A stretch of DNA of 32,000 bases from assembly GCA_900234795.1 (NCBI GenBank), contig LT962688.1, positions 3,330,001-3,362,000 of the forward strand, in the 5' to 3' direction. The notes beneath the pieces are model-generated. The model saw only the letters and a list, made by a program, of their open reading frames with translations. It did no database searches and had not been told where the DNA came from. The position numbers were made by a program, and so were the translations under genes. Positions within the stretch are counted from its first letter, which is position 1; each line of letters opens with the position of its first letter. This DNA comes from Methylorubrum extorquens (GTDB taxonomy: Bacteria > Pseudomonadota > Alphaproteobacteria > Rhizobiales > Beijerinckiaceae). Of the stretch, positions 22,044 through 31,222 are shown one piece after another.

Positions 22044-23285
22044 TCAGCCCTCGCGCTTCTTGCGCTGCGCCAGGGTGCGCAGGCGCAGGGCGTTGAGCTT
22101 GATGAAGCCGGCCGCGTCGCGGTGATCGTAGGCGACGGCGCCCTCCTCGAAGGTGACGAGGTCCTGATCGTAGAGCGAGTGCGGGCTGGTCCGGCCGATG
22201 ACGTGGACACCGCCCTTGTAGAGCTTGAGCCGCACCTCGCCGGTCACCTTCTCCTGACTCTTGTCGATCAGCGCCTGGAGCATCTCGCGCTCCGGCGAGA
22301 ACCAGAAGCCGTTATAGATCAGCTCCGCATATTGCGGCATCAGCTGGTCCTTGAGATGCGCTGCGCCGCGGTCGAGCGTGATCGACTCGATGGCGCGGTG
22401 GGCCGGCAGCAGGATCGTGCCGCCGGGCGTCTCGTACATGCCGCGGCTCTTCATGCCGACGAAGCGGTTCTCGACCAGATCGAGCCGGCCGATGCCGTTG
22501 GCGTGGCCGAGTTCATTGAGCTTGGCCAGCAGCGTGGCGGGTGAGAGCGCCTCGCCGTCGATGGAGACGGCGTCGCCCCGCTCGAAGCCGATGGTGACGA
22601 TCGTGGGCGTATCCGGCGCCTCCTCGGGGGAGAGGGTGCGCGAATAGACGTAATCCGGCACCTCGACCGCCGGGTCCTCCAGAACCTTGCCCTCGGAGGA
22701 GGCGTGCAGGAGGTTGGCATCGACCGAGAACGGGCTCTCGCCGCGCTTGTCCTTGGCGATCGGGATCTGGTGCTGCTCGGCAAACGCGATGAGCTGCTCG
22801 CGCGAGCGCAGATCCCACTCGCGCCACGGCGCGATCACCGTCACGTCGGGCTTGAGCGCGTAGTAGCCGAGTTCGAACCGGACCTGATCGTTCCCCTTGC
22901 CGGTGGCGCCGTGGCACACCGCGTCGGCGCCGACGCGCTCGGCGATCTCGATCTGCTTCTTGGCGATCAGCGGCCGGGCGATCGAGGTGCCGAGGAGATA
23001 GATGCCCTCGTAGACCGCGTTGGCGCGGAACATCGGGAAGACGTAGTCGCGGACGAATTCCTCGCGCAGGTCTTCGATGAAGATGTTTTCCGGCTTGATG
23101 CCAAGCAGCTCGGCCTTGCGGCGCGCCGGCTCCAGCTCCTCGCCCTGGCCGAGATCGGCGGTGAACGTCACGACCTCGCAGCCATAGGTGGTCTGAAGCC
23201 ACTTGAGGATGATCGAGGTGTCGAGCCCGCCGGAATAGGCGAGAACGACCTTCTTGACGGATTTGTTCGGGAGGGCGTCGGACAT
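22044..23285 (-). CDS. argG: argininosuccinate synthase
   Basis: [12 protein letters not shown] (ATP pyrophosphatase motif), [14 protein letters not shown] and the length are typical of type-1 ArgG. I prefer the ATG at 23285 over the TTG at 23303. Confidence 0.95.
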   Translation of the reverse strand: MSDALPNKSVKKVVLAYSGGLDTSIILKWLQTTYGCEVVTFTADLGQGEELEPARRKAELLGIKPENIFIEDLREEFVRDYVFPMFRANAVYEGIYLLGTSIARPLIAKKQIEIAERVGADAVCHGATGKGNDQVRFELGYYALKPDVTVIAPWREWDLRSREQLIAFAEQHQIPIAKDKRGESPFSVDANLLHASSEGKVLEDPAVEVPDYVYSRTLSPEEAPDTPTIVTIGFERGDAVSIDGEALSPATLLAKLNELGHANGIGRLDLVENRFVGMKSRGMYETPGGTILLPAHRAIESITLDRGAAHLKDQLMPQYAELIYNGFWFSPEREMLQALIDKSQEKVTGEVRLKLYKGGVHVIGRTSPHSLYDQDLVTFEEGAVAYDHRDAAGFIKLNALRLRTLAQRKKREG

Positions 23286-23459
23286 GGTGTTGGGCTCGGG
23301 CAACAGGGTGAAGGCGGATTAACAGCGGAGGCGCGCGGCGCGCAACCGGCGGGGCGGGATGCCGGTTGCCTCGTTTGCGATCCAGCCTGCCCCGGCGCGT
23401 CTCCGCAGACGTGGTAGGGTCACCGGCAGGACGGACCAGACGATCCGGAGAATCGACGA

Positions 23460-24086
23460 ATGCGGCGGCGAGCGACCCTGGAATTCTGGTACGAGTTCGC
23501 CTCGACCTACTCTTACCTGTCGGCCATGCGCATCGAAGCGCTGGCCAGGACGGCCGACGTCGAGCTGCGCTGGCGACCGTTCCTGCTCGGGCCGATCTTC
23601 GCGACGCAGGGATGGACCAACTCGCCCTTCAACCTCTACCCGGCCAAGGGCCGCAACATGTGGCGCGACCTCGACCGCGAGGCCGCGCGGCTCGGGCTGC
23701 CGCCGGTCACGCGCCCCACCCCCTTCCCGCAGAATTCCCTCAGCGCGGTGCGCGTGGCGACCTACGGCGCCGACCAGGACTGGCTGGTGCCGTTCTCGAA
23801 GGCGGTGTTCGAGACGAGCTTTGCCAAGGGCGGCTCTATCGCCGAGCCGGCGGCGGTGGGGCGCATCCTCGATGGGCTCGGGCTCGACGGCACCCAGATC
23901 CTCAAGGCGGCCGCCTCCGAAGCCAACAAGGGCCGCCTGAAGGTAGCCGGCGAGGAGGCCCGCTCCCGCGGCATCTACGGCGCGCCGAGCTTCCTCACCG
24001 AGGACGGCGAGCTGTTCTGGGGCAACGACCGCCTGGAACAGGCGATCGCCTGGGCCGCGGGCGACCGGCCCGACGGGCTGCGGTGA
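23460..24086 (+). CDS. 2-hydroxychromene-2-carboxylate isomerase family (DsbA-like) protein
   Basis: ATG at 23460 with GGAGAA upstream. FWYEFASTYSYL...WRPFLLGPIF...GIYGAPSFLTEDGELFWGNDRLEQA is characteristic of HCCA isomerase / DsbA-family proteins. Confidence 0.8.
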   Translation: MRRRATLEFWYEFASTYSYLSAMRIEALARTADVELRWRPFLLGPIFATQGWTNSPFNLYPAKGRNMWRDLDREAARLGLPPVTRPTPFPQNSLSAVRVATYGADQDWLVPFSKAVFETSFAKGGSIAEPAAVGRILDGLGLDGTQILKAAASEANKGRLKVAGEEARSRGIYGAPSFLTEDGELFWGNDRLEQAIAWAAGDRPDGLR

Positions 24087-24090
24087 GGGA

Positions 24091-26046
24091 TCAGGCGGAG
24101 ACCGGCTCGGCCTCCGCCGCGCGGCGAAGGCCGCCGAGCAGGTCCGTCATCGGCATCGGCATCCCGATCAGATAGCCCTGAACGTAGCGACAGCCGTGAC
24201 GGCGCACCGCGCTCAATTGCTCCGTGGTCTCGATCCCCTCGGCGATGCCGTCCAGGCCGAGATTCTGGCAGAGATCGAGGATGGTGATCACGACGCTGCG
24301 CCCGAGGTCGGATTCGACATCGGCCATGAAGCCGCGGTCGATCTTGATCCGGTCCAGCGGCAGGCGGTGGACGTAGTTCAGGCTCGAATACCCCGTTCCG
24401 AAATCGTCCAGCGCGATCTTGATGCCGAGTGCGCGCAGCAGCGTGATCGCCTTCTGCGCTCCTTCGAAGTCGCGCATCAGCGCGGTCTCCGTCAGCTCCA
24501 GCGTGATCCGCCGGGGATCGAGCCCGCTCTGCCGGACCGCGGCGAGGATCGCGATGACCGTCTCGGGCGAGGCGAGATCATGCGAGGAGAGGTTGAACGA
24601 TAGTCCGATGTCGTCCGGGAGCCGGGCCGCGTCGGCGAGCGCCTTGCGCAGGAGAAGCAGGGTCACCGAGTGGATCATCCCGCAGCGCTCCGCCACGGCG
24701 ATGAAGCGGTCGGGCGGCACGCGCCCGAGCTTGGGGCTCGTCCAGCGCGCCAGCGCCTCGACCGTGGTGATGCGGTCCGTCACCGTGTCGAGGATCGGCT
24801 GGTAGTGCATCTCCATCTCGGCGGCGAGATCCGCGCTCTGGAGGGCGGCCTCCACCGCGCGCTCGGCCCGGATCGCGTCCTCATGCTCCTGCGAGAACAG
24901 GGTCGTGGTTCCGCGCTTGCGCTCCTTGGAATGGTAGAGCGCGTAATCGGCCCGGTCGAACAGCGCATCCGCGGCTCGTCCGGCGCTGGGATACAGCGCC
25001 AGGCCGCCGGAGCATCCCGGCACGACCTGGGTCTCGCCGAGCGAAATCGGCGCGTGCAGCGCCGTACAGATGCGGTTGCAAAGCTCGACCGCGTCGGCCG
25101 TGCGGTCGGCCGCGTGGATCAGTACGCCGAACTCGTCGCCGCCGAGGCGCCCGATCGTCACGCCGTCCGCGGCGAAGGCGCTGAGACGGCGCCCGGTCTC
25201 CTCCAGCACCCGGTCTCCGGCGGTGTGGCCGAACGTGTCGTTGATCGGCTTGAACCGGTCGAGGTCGAAGATCGCGAGGGCGAAGGCGGCGTTTCCGGTC
25301 GCCGAGGCCGCGATCAGCGCATCGAGGCGCTGGAAGAAATAGCGCCGATTGGGCAACCCGGTCAGGCTGTCGGTATGCGCCAGGCGCTGGTTCTCCTCGC
25401 CGAGCCGCTGGGCTTCGGCCTTGGACTCGAGCAGTTGGAGGAAGGCCAGGAAGTTGTTGGTGAGGATGCGCACCATCACCACCGTGACGAAGGCGGTGTT
25501 GAGGGCGATCGCGATGAAGACGCTGTTGCCGCTCGTGAAGCAGTGAATCAGGAAGCTGCCCATGACGATGATCGTCACGACGAGCGCCGCCGCCGGCAGA
25601 TGCGTCAGGCAGAAGATGCAGGCGATGACGGTGATCGCGACGAAGATCGCGACGTGGCCCTGCTCGAACGGTCCGCCATAGGACGTGAGCTTCATCGCCC
25701 AGCCGACGAAGAGAGCCGAGAACAGGACGGTGAGGAGGCTGGTGCCGCGCAGCCGTTTGACGGCCTCTTTTCCGGAGATCGACTGCGGCCGGAGATGCCA
25801 CCAATGTGTGGCCCGCACCACACACAGGCCGATCATCGCGCCGGGCAGCCCGACGGTCAGCCAAGCCGGCGCAAGTGGGTAATGGGTGAATGCGAGGGCG
25901 CAAGCGTTGACGGAGAGCAGCGCGTAGAGCGACGGGATCTGCTTCTGCAACTCCCCGATCTGACGGATGCAGGCTTCCGGGTCGGTATAGCTCGGCACGA
26001 TACCGCTCAGGAGCTCTCGGCGGCCGTAAATGAATTTCATTCTCAT
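24091..26046 (-). CDS. membrane-anchored GGDEF-EAL protein (diguanylate cyclase/phosphodiesterase)
   Basis: About 6 N-terminal TM helices and a coiled linker. Then come HTDSLTGLPNRR...RLGGDEFGVL (GGDEF domain) and YQPI...VEALARW...ELTE...DDFGTGYSSL...KIDRGF (EAL domain). The start is ATG at 26046 or 26040, or GTG at 26058. Confidence 0.9.
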   Translation of the reverse strand: MRMKFIYGRRELLSGIVPSYTDPEACIRQIGELQKQIPSLYALLSVNACALAFTHYPLAPAWLTVGLPGAMIGLCVVRATHWWHLRPQSISGKEAVKRLRGTSLLTVLFSALFVGWAMKLTSYGGPFEQGHVAIFVAITVIACIFCLTHLPAAALVVTIIVMGSFLIHCFTSGNSVFIAIALNTAFVTVVMVRILTNNFLAFLQLLESKAEAQRLGEENQRLAHTDSLTGLPNRRYFFQRLDALIAASATGNAAFALAIFDLDRFKPINDTFGHTAGDRVLEETGRRLSAFAADGVTIGRLGGDEFGVLIHAADRTADAVELCNRICTALHAPISLGETQVVPGCSGGLALYPSAGRAADALFDRADYALYHSKERKRGTTTLFSQEHEDAIRAERAVEAALQSADLAAEMEMHYQPILDTVTDRITTVEALARWTSPKLGRVPPDRFIAVAERCGMIHSVTLLLLRKALADAARLPDDIGLSFNLSSHDLASPETVIAILAAVRQSGLDPRRITLELTETALMRDFEGAQKAITLLRALGIKIALDDFGTGYSSLNYVHRLPLDRIKIDRGFMADVESDLGRSVVITILDLCQNLGLDGIAEGIETTEQLSAVRRHGCRYVQGYLIGMPMPMTDLLGGLRRAAEAEPVSA

Positions 26047-26320
26047 CTTGCCGAACACCAGACCATGAACACGTCGCCGCGCGTCCTCTCCCGGAGATGC
26101 ATTTGGTCTAATTTTTCCTAAAAATTCATTGCATCGAAATAGTCAGTCTTCGCCTGTCCGACATGAGCGAAAGAACGTTTGCGCCGCGATACAACCGCTT
26201 TCGGGCGGGCACGCGGGCCGGGTCCGCCCGTTCTTGGCGATCGCCTCGAATGCCCGGGGTGGATTGGGTCCTCTCCGGCCCGTGACAGCCTGCCCCTCGG
26301 CGGTGACACGCCACCGGAAT

Positions 26321-27631
26321 TCACCGCCGCGTCGCCGTGTCGACATGGATATCCCGCCCCCGCGTCTCCGGCAGCAGCAGGGCGGCGACCGTGCCGACGA
26401 GGCTGAAGGCGGCGAGGTAGTAGGCCGGCGCCATCCGGTCGCCGGTGGCGGCGATCAACCAGTTCACGACGTAGTTCGTGCTGCCGCCGAAGATCGAGAC
26501 GGAAAGCGCATAGACGATCGACAGCCCGGCGCTACGCACCGCCCGCGGCAGGGCTTCGGGGATGGCGACGATGATCGCCGCCGCGTTGATCGAGGACAGG
26601 GCCGAGAGCAGGAAGGTCACGGCGTAGACGCTGTACGCGCTTGGGCTGCCCAGCATCCACAGGAAGGCCGGCACGGCGAGCAACAGGATCAGCGCGCGCG
26701 GCCAGATCATCACCGGCTTGCGCCCGAACCGGTCGGCGAGCCAGCCGCCGAGGAGCGGAAAGATCACGGAGGCCAGCCCCAGGGCGATCGGCACGGCGTT
26801 GGCCGCCATCTCTGAGAGGCCGAGCGTCGCCCCCGCATAGACCGGCATGTTGGTGCCCACCGCGTTCGAGACGGTCGAGGCGGCGATGACGAGGAAGGTC
26901 AGCCCGAGCATCCGCCCGTGCTGGCGCAGCAGCCGACCGAGCACTGCACCCGTCGAATCGGCGGCAGCGGGGTCGTGCCCCTCGCCCGCCGTCTCCGGCA
27001 GGTGGCTGCGGATCACGAGTCCGACCGGCACGACGAGAAGGCCGAGACCGAACATCAGCCGCCAGCCCCAATCGGCCATGGCCGCATCGCCGAGCACGAG
27101 GGTCAGCACGGTGGCGAACAGGCCGGCGAACAGGGCGGCGCAGCCCTGGCTCGCGATCTGCCAACTCGCGACGAAGCCGCGGTGCCGCGCCGGGGCCGCC
27201 TCGATCAGGAAGGCGGTGGAGGGTCCGACCTCGCCGCCGAGCGCCAGCCCCTGGATCAGCCGCCCGGCGATCACGATCACTTGTGCCCAGACGCCGAGGA
27301 CCGCCGTGCCGGGGCAGGCCGCCAGCATCAGCATGCCCACCGCCATCAGCGCGATGGTGATGAGCATCGCGGGCTTGCGCCCGGCCCGGTCGGCGAAGGC
27401 GCCGATCAGCACGCCGCCCACCGGGCGCATGACGTAGCCGATCCCGAACAGGGCGAGCGAGGCGAGCAGGCTGTCGGTCGGGCTGTCCGAGGGGAAGAAG
27501 GTCGCGCCGATCGACTTGGCGAAGAAGGCGTAGATCGTGAAATCGTAGAATTCGAGGGCGTTGCCGAGCACGACCGCTCCCACGGCCTTGCGGTCGAGGC
27601 GCGGGGGCGCGGCGCTTGCGGGCGAGTGCAT
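26321..27631 (-). CDS. MFS transporter, metabolite:H+ symporter (MHS) family
   Basis: NALEFYDFTIYAFF...GYVMRPVGGVLIGAFADRAGRKP (MHS signature) and 12 predicted TM segments. ATG at 27631 with CAGGA upstream; an alternative ATG lies at 27697. Confidence 0.85.
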   Translation of the reverse strand: MHSPASAAPPRLDRKAVGAVVLGNALEFYDFTIYAFFAKSIGATFFPSDSPTDSLLASLALFGIGYVMRPVGGVLIGAFADRAGRKPAMLITIALMAVGMLMLAACPGTAVLGVWAQVIVIAGRLIQGLALGGEVGPSTAFLIEAAPARHRGFVASWQIASQGCAALFAGLFATVLTLVLGDAAMADWGWRLMFGLGLLVVPVGLVIRSHLPETAGEGHDPAAADSTGAVLGRLLRQHGRMLGLTFLVIAASTVSNAVGTNMPVYAGATLGLSEMAANAVPIALGLASVIFPLLGGWLADRFGRKPVMIWPRALILLLAVPAFLWMLGSPSAYSVYAVTFLLSALSSINAAAIIVAIPEALPRAVRSAGLSIVYALSVSIFGGSTNYVVNWLIAATGDRMAPAYYLAAFSLVGTVAALLLPETRGRDIHVDTATRR

Positions 27632-27878
27632 CGTGATCCTGTCGTGAGATCCCGGACGGGTGGGCGCGGCGGGGGGCCGGGTCCGGGTCGAAGGCATGGT
27701 TGAGGGCGGCAGGTAGGTCGCCGCCGCCGTGCCGCCACCCCGGCGAAGTCGCACGGTGGCGCTCGGGCCGGCCATGCCTGCGTTGCCGGCGACGTTTTCC
27801 GGCGCGATCGGCTCCCCGTCCCCGGCGGGATCGTGCTATCGCGCCCCAACACCTCGCTCCCGGGATCGTTCAACCCCC

Positions 27879-28376
27879 TTGCGCCTGCTCGTCGTCGCCA
27901 TCGGACGCCTGAAGAACGGGCCGGAGCGGGATCTCGCTGCCCGTTACCGCGAGCGCGCGGTCGCGCTCGGCAAGGGCCTGGGCGTCACCGCCTGCGACCT
28001 GACCGAGATTCCCGAATCGCGCGCGCGCCGGAGCGCCGACCGCATCGCCGAGGAGGCGGCGGCGATCCTGGCTCTCGTGCCGGCGGACGCGGCGGTGATC
28101 GCCTGTGACGAGCGCGGCCGCTCCGACTGGCCGAGCGAGCGCATCGCGGACAAGATCGGGGCGTGGCGCGATGCGGGGCGCAGCACGCTCGTCCTCGTCG
28201 TCGGCGGTGCGGATGGCCTTCACGAGACCGTGCGTGGACGCGCCGACCATATTCTCGCCTTCGGGGCGGCGACACTGCCGCACGGCCTGGTTCGTGTGCT
28301 CGCCCTCGAGCAGGTCTACCGGGCGCTGACCATCCTGGCCGGGCACCCCTATCACCGGGGCGATCCCGAGGCATGA
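27879..28376 (+). CDS. rlmH: 23S rRNA (pseudouridine1915-N3)-methyltransferase RlmH
   Basis: LRLLVVAIGRLKNGPERDL...VLVVGGADGL...LPHGLVRVLALEQVYRALTILAGHPYH (SPOUT fold). No in-frame ATG or GTG is suitably placed, so TTG at 27879 gives the usual size of about 165 aa. Confidence 0.85.
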   Translation: MRLLVVAIGRLKNGPERDLAARYRERAVALGKGLGVTACDLTEIPESRARRSADRIAEEAAAILALVPADAAVIACDERGRSDWPSERIADKIGAWRDAGRSTLVLVVGGADGLHETVRGRADHILAFGAATLPHGLVRVLALEQVYRALTILAGHPYHRGDPEA

Positions 28377-29773
28377 GATCCAAGGTATCGGTCCACTCCC
28401 GGTCGGCGACGATCCTGACGGCCAAGTCCGCTCTGGTGCTGACGGCTCTTGCCTGCCTCGCGGGCGGCCTCGCCCTGCCCGTGCGCGCGCAGACGACGCC
28501 CGACCCGGAGGCGATGCGGCGCACGCAGGAGGAGCGGGACCGGCGCGCCCAGAGCCTCAAGCAGATCGAGGACGCGCTGGCGGCCAGCAGCGGCAGCCGG
28601 GCGGCTTTGGAGGCCGAGATCGCCGCGATCGGCTCCGACCGGACCAAACTCAGCACCGCCCTGCTCGATGCCGGACGCCAGGCCCAGGCGACCGAGGACC
28701 GGATGAACCGGCTGGAGGAGCGCCTGCGCGCGCTGACCGACAGCGACGCGGCGATCCGCAAATCGCTGGAGGCGCGCCGCGCGGTCATCGCCGAAATCCT
28801 GGCTGCGCTCCAACGCATGGGCCGGCGCCCGCCGCCTGCCGTGCTGGTGCGCCCCGAGGACGTGCTCGCGGCGATCCGCACCTCGATGATGCTCGGCGCG
28901 GTGGTGCCGGAGCTGCGCGGCGAAGCCGATACGCTGGCCGGCGACCTCACCGAACTGGTGCGGGTGCGCGGCCTCATCGCCGCCGACCGCGAGGCGCTGA
29001 AAAAAGATCTCGCGGGCTGGGCCGCCGAGCGCCAGCGCCTCGACGCGCTGATCGCCACCCGCCGCAGCCGGCAGGCGGAGGTCGAGTCCAGCCTCACCGC
29101 CGAGCGCCGCAAGAGCGCCGAACTCGGCACGCAGGCCAAATCGCTCAAGGAACTCGTGGACCGGATGGAGGGCGAGCTGTCGAGCGCCCGCCGCGCCGCC
29201 GACGAGGTCCGCGCCGCCGCCGAACGCGAGCAGCGGGCGATCCAGGACAAATTCGCGGCGGCCGGCGCCCGCGATCCGGCGCGGCTCGCGCCCAAGGTGA
29301 AGTTCGCCGAGGCCCGCGGCGATCTGCCCAGGCCGGTGAGCGGCCCCCTGCTGCGCGGCTTCAATCAGCCCGACGGCCAGGGCGGCACCACCCGCGGCAT
29401 CTCGCTGCGGGCGCGGCCGAAGGCGGTGGTCTCCTCGCCCGCGGACGGATGGGTTTCCTTCGCCGGACCCTTTCGCTCCTACGGGCGTCTCTTGATCATC
29501 AATGCGGGCGACGGCTACTATCTGTTGCTCGCGGGGATGGATCAGATCAACGTCGAGGTCGGCCAGTTCGTACTGGCGGGCGAACCGGTGGCCGTGATGG
29601 GCGAGGGCAGCGGCACCCCGGCAAGCACGCCGTCGAACGTGACGCAGGCTGCGTCACAGAAGGACGATGATCGGATTGATCCCGTCCTGTACGTCGAGTT
29701 CAGGAAAGACGGCGGCTCTATCGATCCGGAGCCGTGGTGGGCGAGAAGTTCCAGCGAGAAGGTTCGCGGATAA
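28373..29773 (+). CDS. EnvC-like murein hydrolase activator (coiled-coil + degenerate M23/LytM domain)
   Basis: ATG at 28373 overlaps the rlmH stop (ATGA). It has a signal peptide and a long coiled-coil. The C-terminal LytM-like domain (PVSGPLLRGF...TRGISLRA...GRLLIINAGDGYYLLLAGM) has the usual His/Asp Zn ligands replaced, as in EnvC-type activators. Confidence 0.8.
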   Translation: MRSKVSVHSRSATILTAKSALVLTALACLAGGLALPVRAQTTPDPEAMRRTQEERDRRAQSLKQIEDALAASSGSRAALEAEIAAIGSDRTKLSTALLDAGRQAQATEDRMNRLEERLRALTDSDAAIRKSLEARRAVIAEILAALQRMGRRPPPAVLVRPEDVLAAIRTSMMLGAVVPELRGEADTLAGDLTELVRVRGLIAADREALKKDLAGWAAERQRLDALIATRRSRQAEVESSLTAERRKSAELGTQAKSLKELVDRMEGELSSARRAADEVRAAAEREQRAIQDKFAAAGARDPARLAPKVKFAEARGDLPRPVSGPLLRGFNQPDGQGGTTRGISLRARPKAVVSSPADGWVSFAGPFRSYGRLLIINAGDGYYLLLAGMDQINVEVGQFVLAGEPVAVMGEGSGTPASTPSNVTQAASQKDDDRIDPVLYVEFRKDGGSIDPEPWWARSSSEKVRG

Positions 29774-31095
29774 TGCGCAAAGTGTCCCTCGTGTTACTCG
29801 GCGCGGCCCTCGGCATCGGCGCCTCGGCCCTGTCGACCCAGACCCAGCTGCTGTCCGGTACGAGCGCCATCGCGGCCTCGGCGGAAACTTACCGGCAACT
29901 GAGCCTGTTCGGCGACGTGTTCGAGAAGGTGCGGACCGACTACGTCGAGAAGCCCGAGGAAGCGAAGCTGATCGAGTCGGCCGTCAACGGCATGCTGACC
30001 TCGCTCGATCCGCATTCGAGCTACATGGACGCGAAAGCCTTCCGCGACATGCAGACGACGACGAAGGGCGAGTTCGGTGGTCTCGGCATCGAGGTCACCA
30101 TGGAGGATGGCCTGATCAAGGTCGTCTCGCCGATCGACGACACGCCCGCCTCCAAGGCCGGCCTGCTCGCCAACGACATCATCACCCAGATCGACGAGGA
30201 TCAGGTCCAGGGCCTGACCCTGAACCAGGCCGTCGACAAGATGCGCGGCCCCGTGAACTCCACGGTGAAGCTGAAGATCTCCCGCAAGGAGGCCAAGGAG
30301 CCGCTCGACGTCTCGCTGACGCGCGACGTCATCAAGATCCGCCCCGTGCGCTCGAAGGTCGAGAGCGGCGATGTCGGCTATGTCCGCCTGACCCAGTTCA
30401 ACGAGCAGACCTACGACGGCCTTAAGACGGCGATCGACAAGCTCCAGGGCGAGATCGGCGGCGACAAGCTGAAGGGCTTCGTGCTCGATCTGCGCAACAA
30501 TCCCGGCGGCCTGCTCGATCAGGCGGTGATGGTCTCCGACGCCTTCCTCGACCGTGGCGAGATCGTCTCGACCCGCGGCCGCAACCCGGACGAGACCCAG
30601 CGCTTCTCCGCCAAGGCCGGCGATCTGGCCAAGGGCAAGCCGATCGTGGTGCTCGTGAACGGCGGCGCGGCCTCAGCCTCCGAGATCGTGGCCGGCGCCC
30701 TGCAGGATCACAAGCGCGCGACCATCATGGGCACGCGCTCCTTCGGCAAGGGTTCGGTGCAGTCGATCATTCCGCTCGGCGGCCAGGGCGCCCTGCGCCT
30801 CACTACCGCGCGCTACTACACGCCGTCCGGCCGCTCGATCCAGGCGAAGGGCATCGAGCCGGATCAGGAGGTGCTGCAGGAGGTGCCCGACGATCTGAAG
30901 GGCAAGGACGAGACCAAGGGCGAGGCCGGCCTGAAGGGTCACCTCAAGCAGAAGGACACCGAGGAGCGCGGTGGATCCTCGGCCTACATCCCGCCGGATC
31001 CGGCCAAGGACAAGCAGCTCATCGCCGCGGTCGATTTCCTGCACGGCATCCAGAAGGGTGCGGCCAACGTGACGAAGCCGGCCACGCAGAACTGA
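29773..31095 (+). CDS. ctpA: carboxy-terminal processing protease (S41 family)
   Basis: ATG at 29773 overlaps the upstream TAA (TAATG). It has a PDZ region (GLGIEV...VVSPIDDTPASKAGL). The S41 catalytic blocks are DLRNNPGGLL, NGGAASASEIVAGAL and FGKGSVQ. Confidence 0.9.
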   Translation: MRKVSLVLLGAALGIGASALSTQTQLLSGTSAIAASAETYRQLSLFGDVFEKVRTDYVEKPEEAKLIESAVNGMLTSLDPHSSYMDAKAFRDMQTTTKGEFGGLGIEVTMEDGLIKVVSPIDDTPASKAGLLANDIITQIDEDQVQGLTLNQAVDKMRGPVNSTVKLKISRKEAKEPLDVSLTRDVIKIRPVRSKVESGDVGYVRLTQFNEQTYDGLKTAIDKLQGEIGGDKLKGFVLDLRNNPGGLLDQAVMVSDAFLDRGEIVSTRGRNPDETQRFSAKAGDLAKGKPIVVLVNGGAASASEIVAGALQDHKRATIMGTRSFGKGSVQSIIPLGGQGALRLTTARYYTPSGRSIQAKGIEPDQEVLQEVPDDLKGKDETKGEAGLKGHLKQKDTEERGGSSAYIPPDPAKDKQLIAAVDFLHGIQKGAANVTKPATQN

Positions 31096-31105
31096 TTGGG
31101 CCGGC

Positions 31106-31127
31106 CCGCGGCGGGCATCCGCCGCGG
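31106..31127 (+). other. GC-rich hairpin just after ctpA
   Basis: ccgcggcgg-gcat-ccgccgcgg, a perfect 9-bp stem, followed by tgtt. Confidence 0.45.
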
Positions 31128-31151
31128 TGTTAGCGAAAGATTAACCATGAC

Positions 31152-31197
31152 GGCCCGCAATACCGGTTCAGACCGGGGTTGCGGGCCGTTTCTCGTT
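31152..31197 (+). terminator. candidate rho-independent terminator downstream of ctpA
   Basis: ggcccgcaa-(18 nt)-ttgcgggcc, a perfect 9-bp stem, followed by gtttctcgtt. Confidence 0.55.
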
Positions 31198-31222
31198 GAA
31201 GGCCGCGCCCGGTCGTCCGAGC

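Noticed and set aside
24670-26121. 483-aa plus-strand ORF opposite the GGDEF-EAL gene. Comparable long shadows occur at 10925-12199 (+), 19842-21140 (-), 27985-29364 (-) and 13579-14739 (-).
   Set aside because: All lie antisense to genes with clear family motifs, have Arg/Gly-rich compositions and lack any domain signature. They are high-GC reading-frame artefacts.
27632-27878. 246-bp GC-rich divergent intergenic region (MFS / rlmH) with a GGGATCGT direct repeat (about 27827 and 27862), considered as a riboswitch or small gene
   Set aside because: There is no recognisable riboswitch core or convincing ORF, only Arg/Pro-rich shadows. The 8-nt repeat is too short to be significant in this composition.
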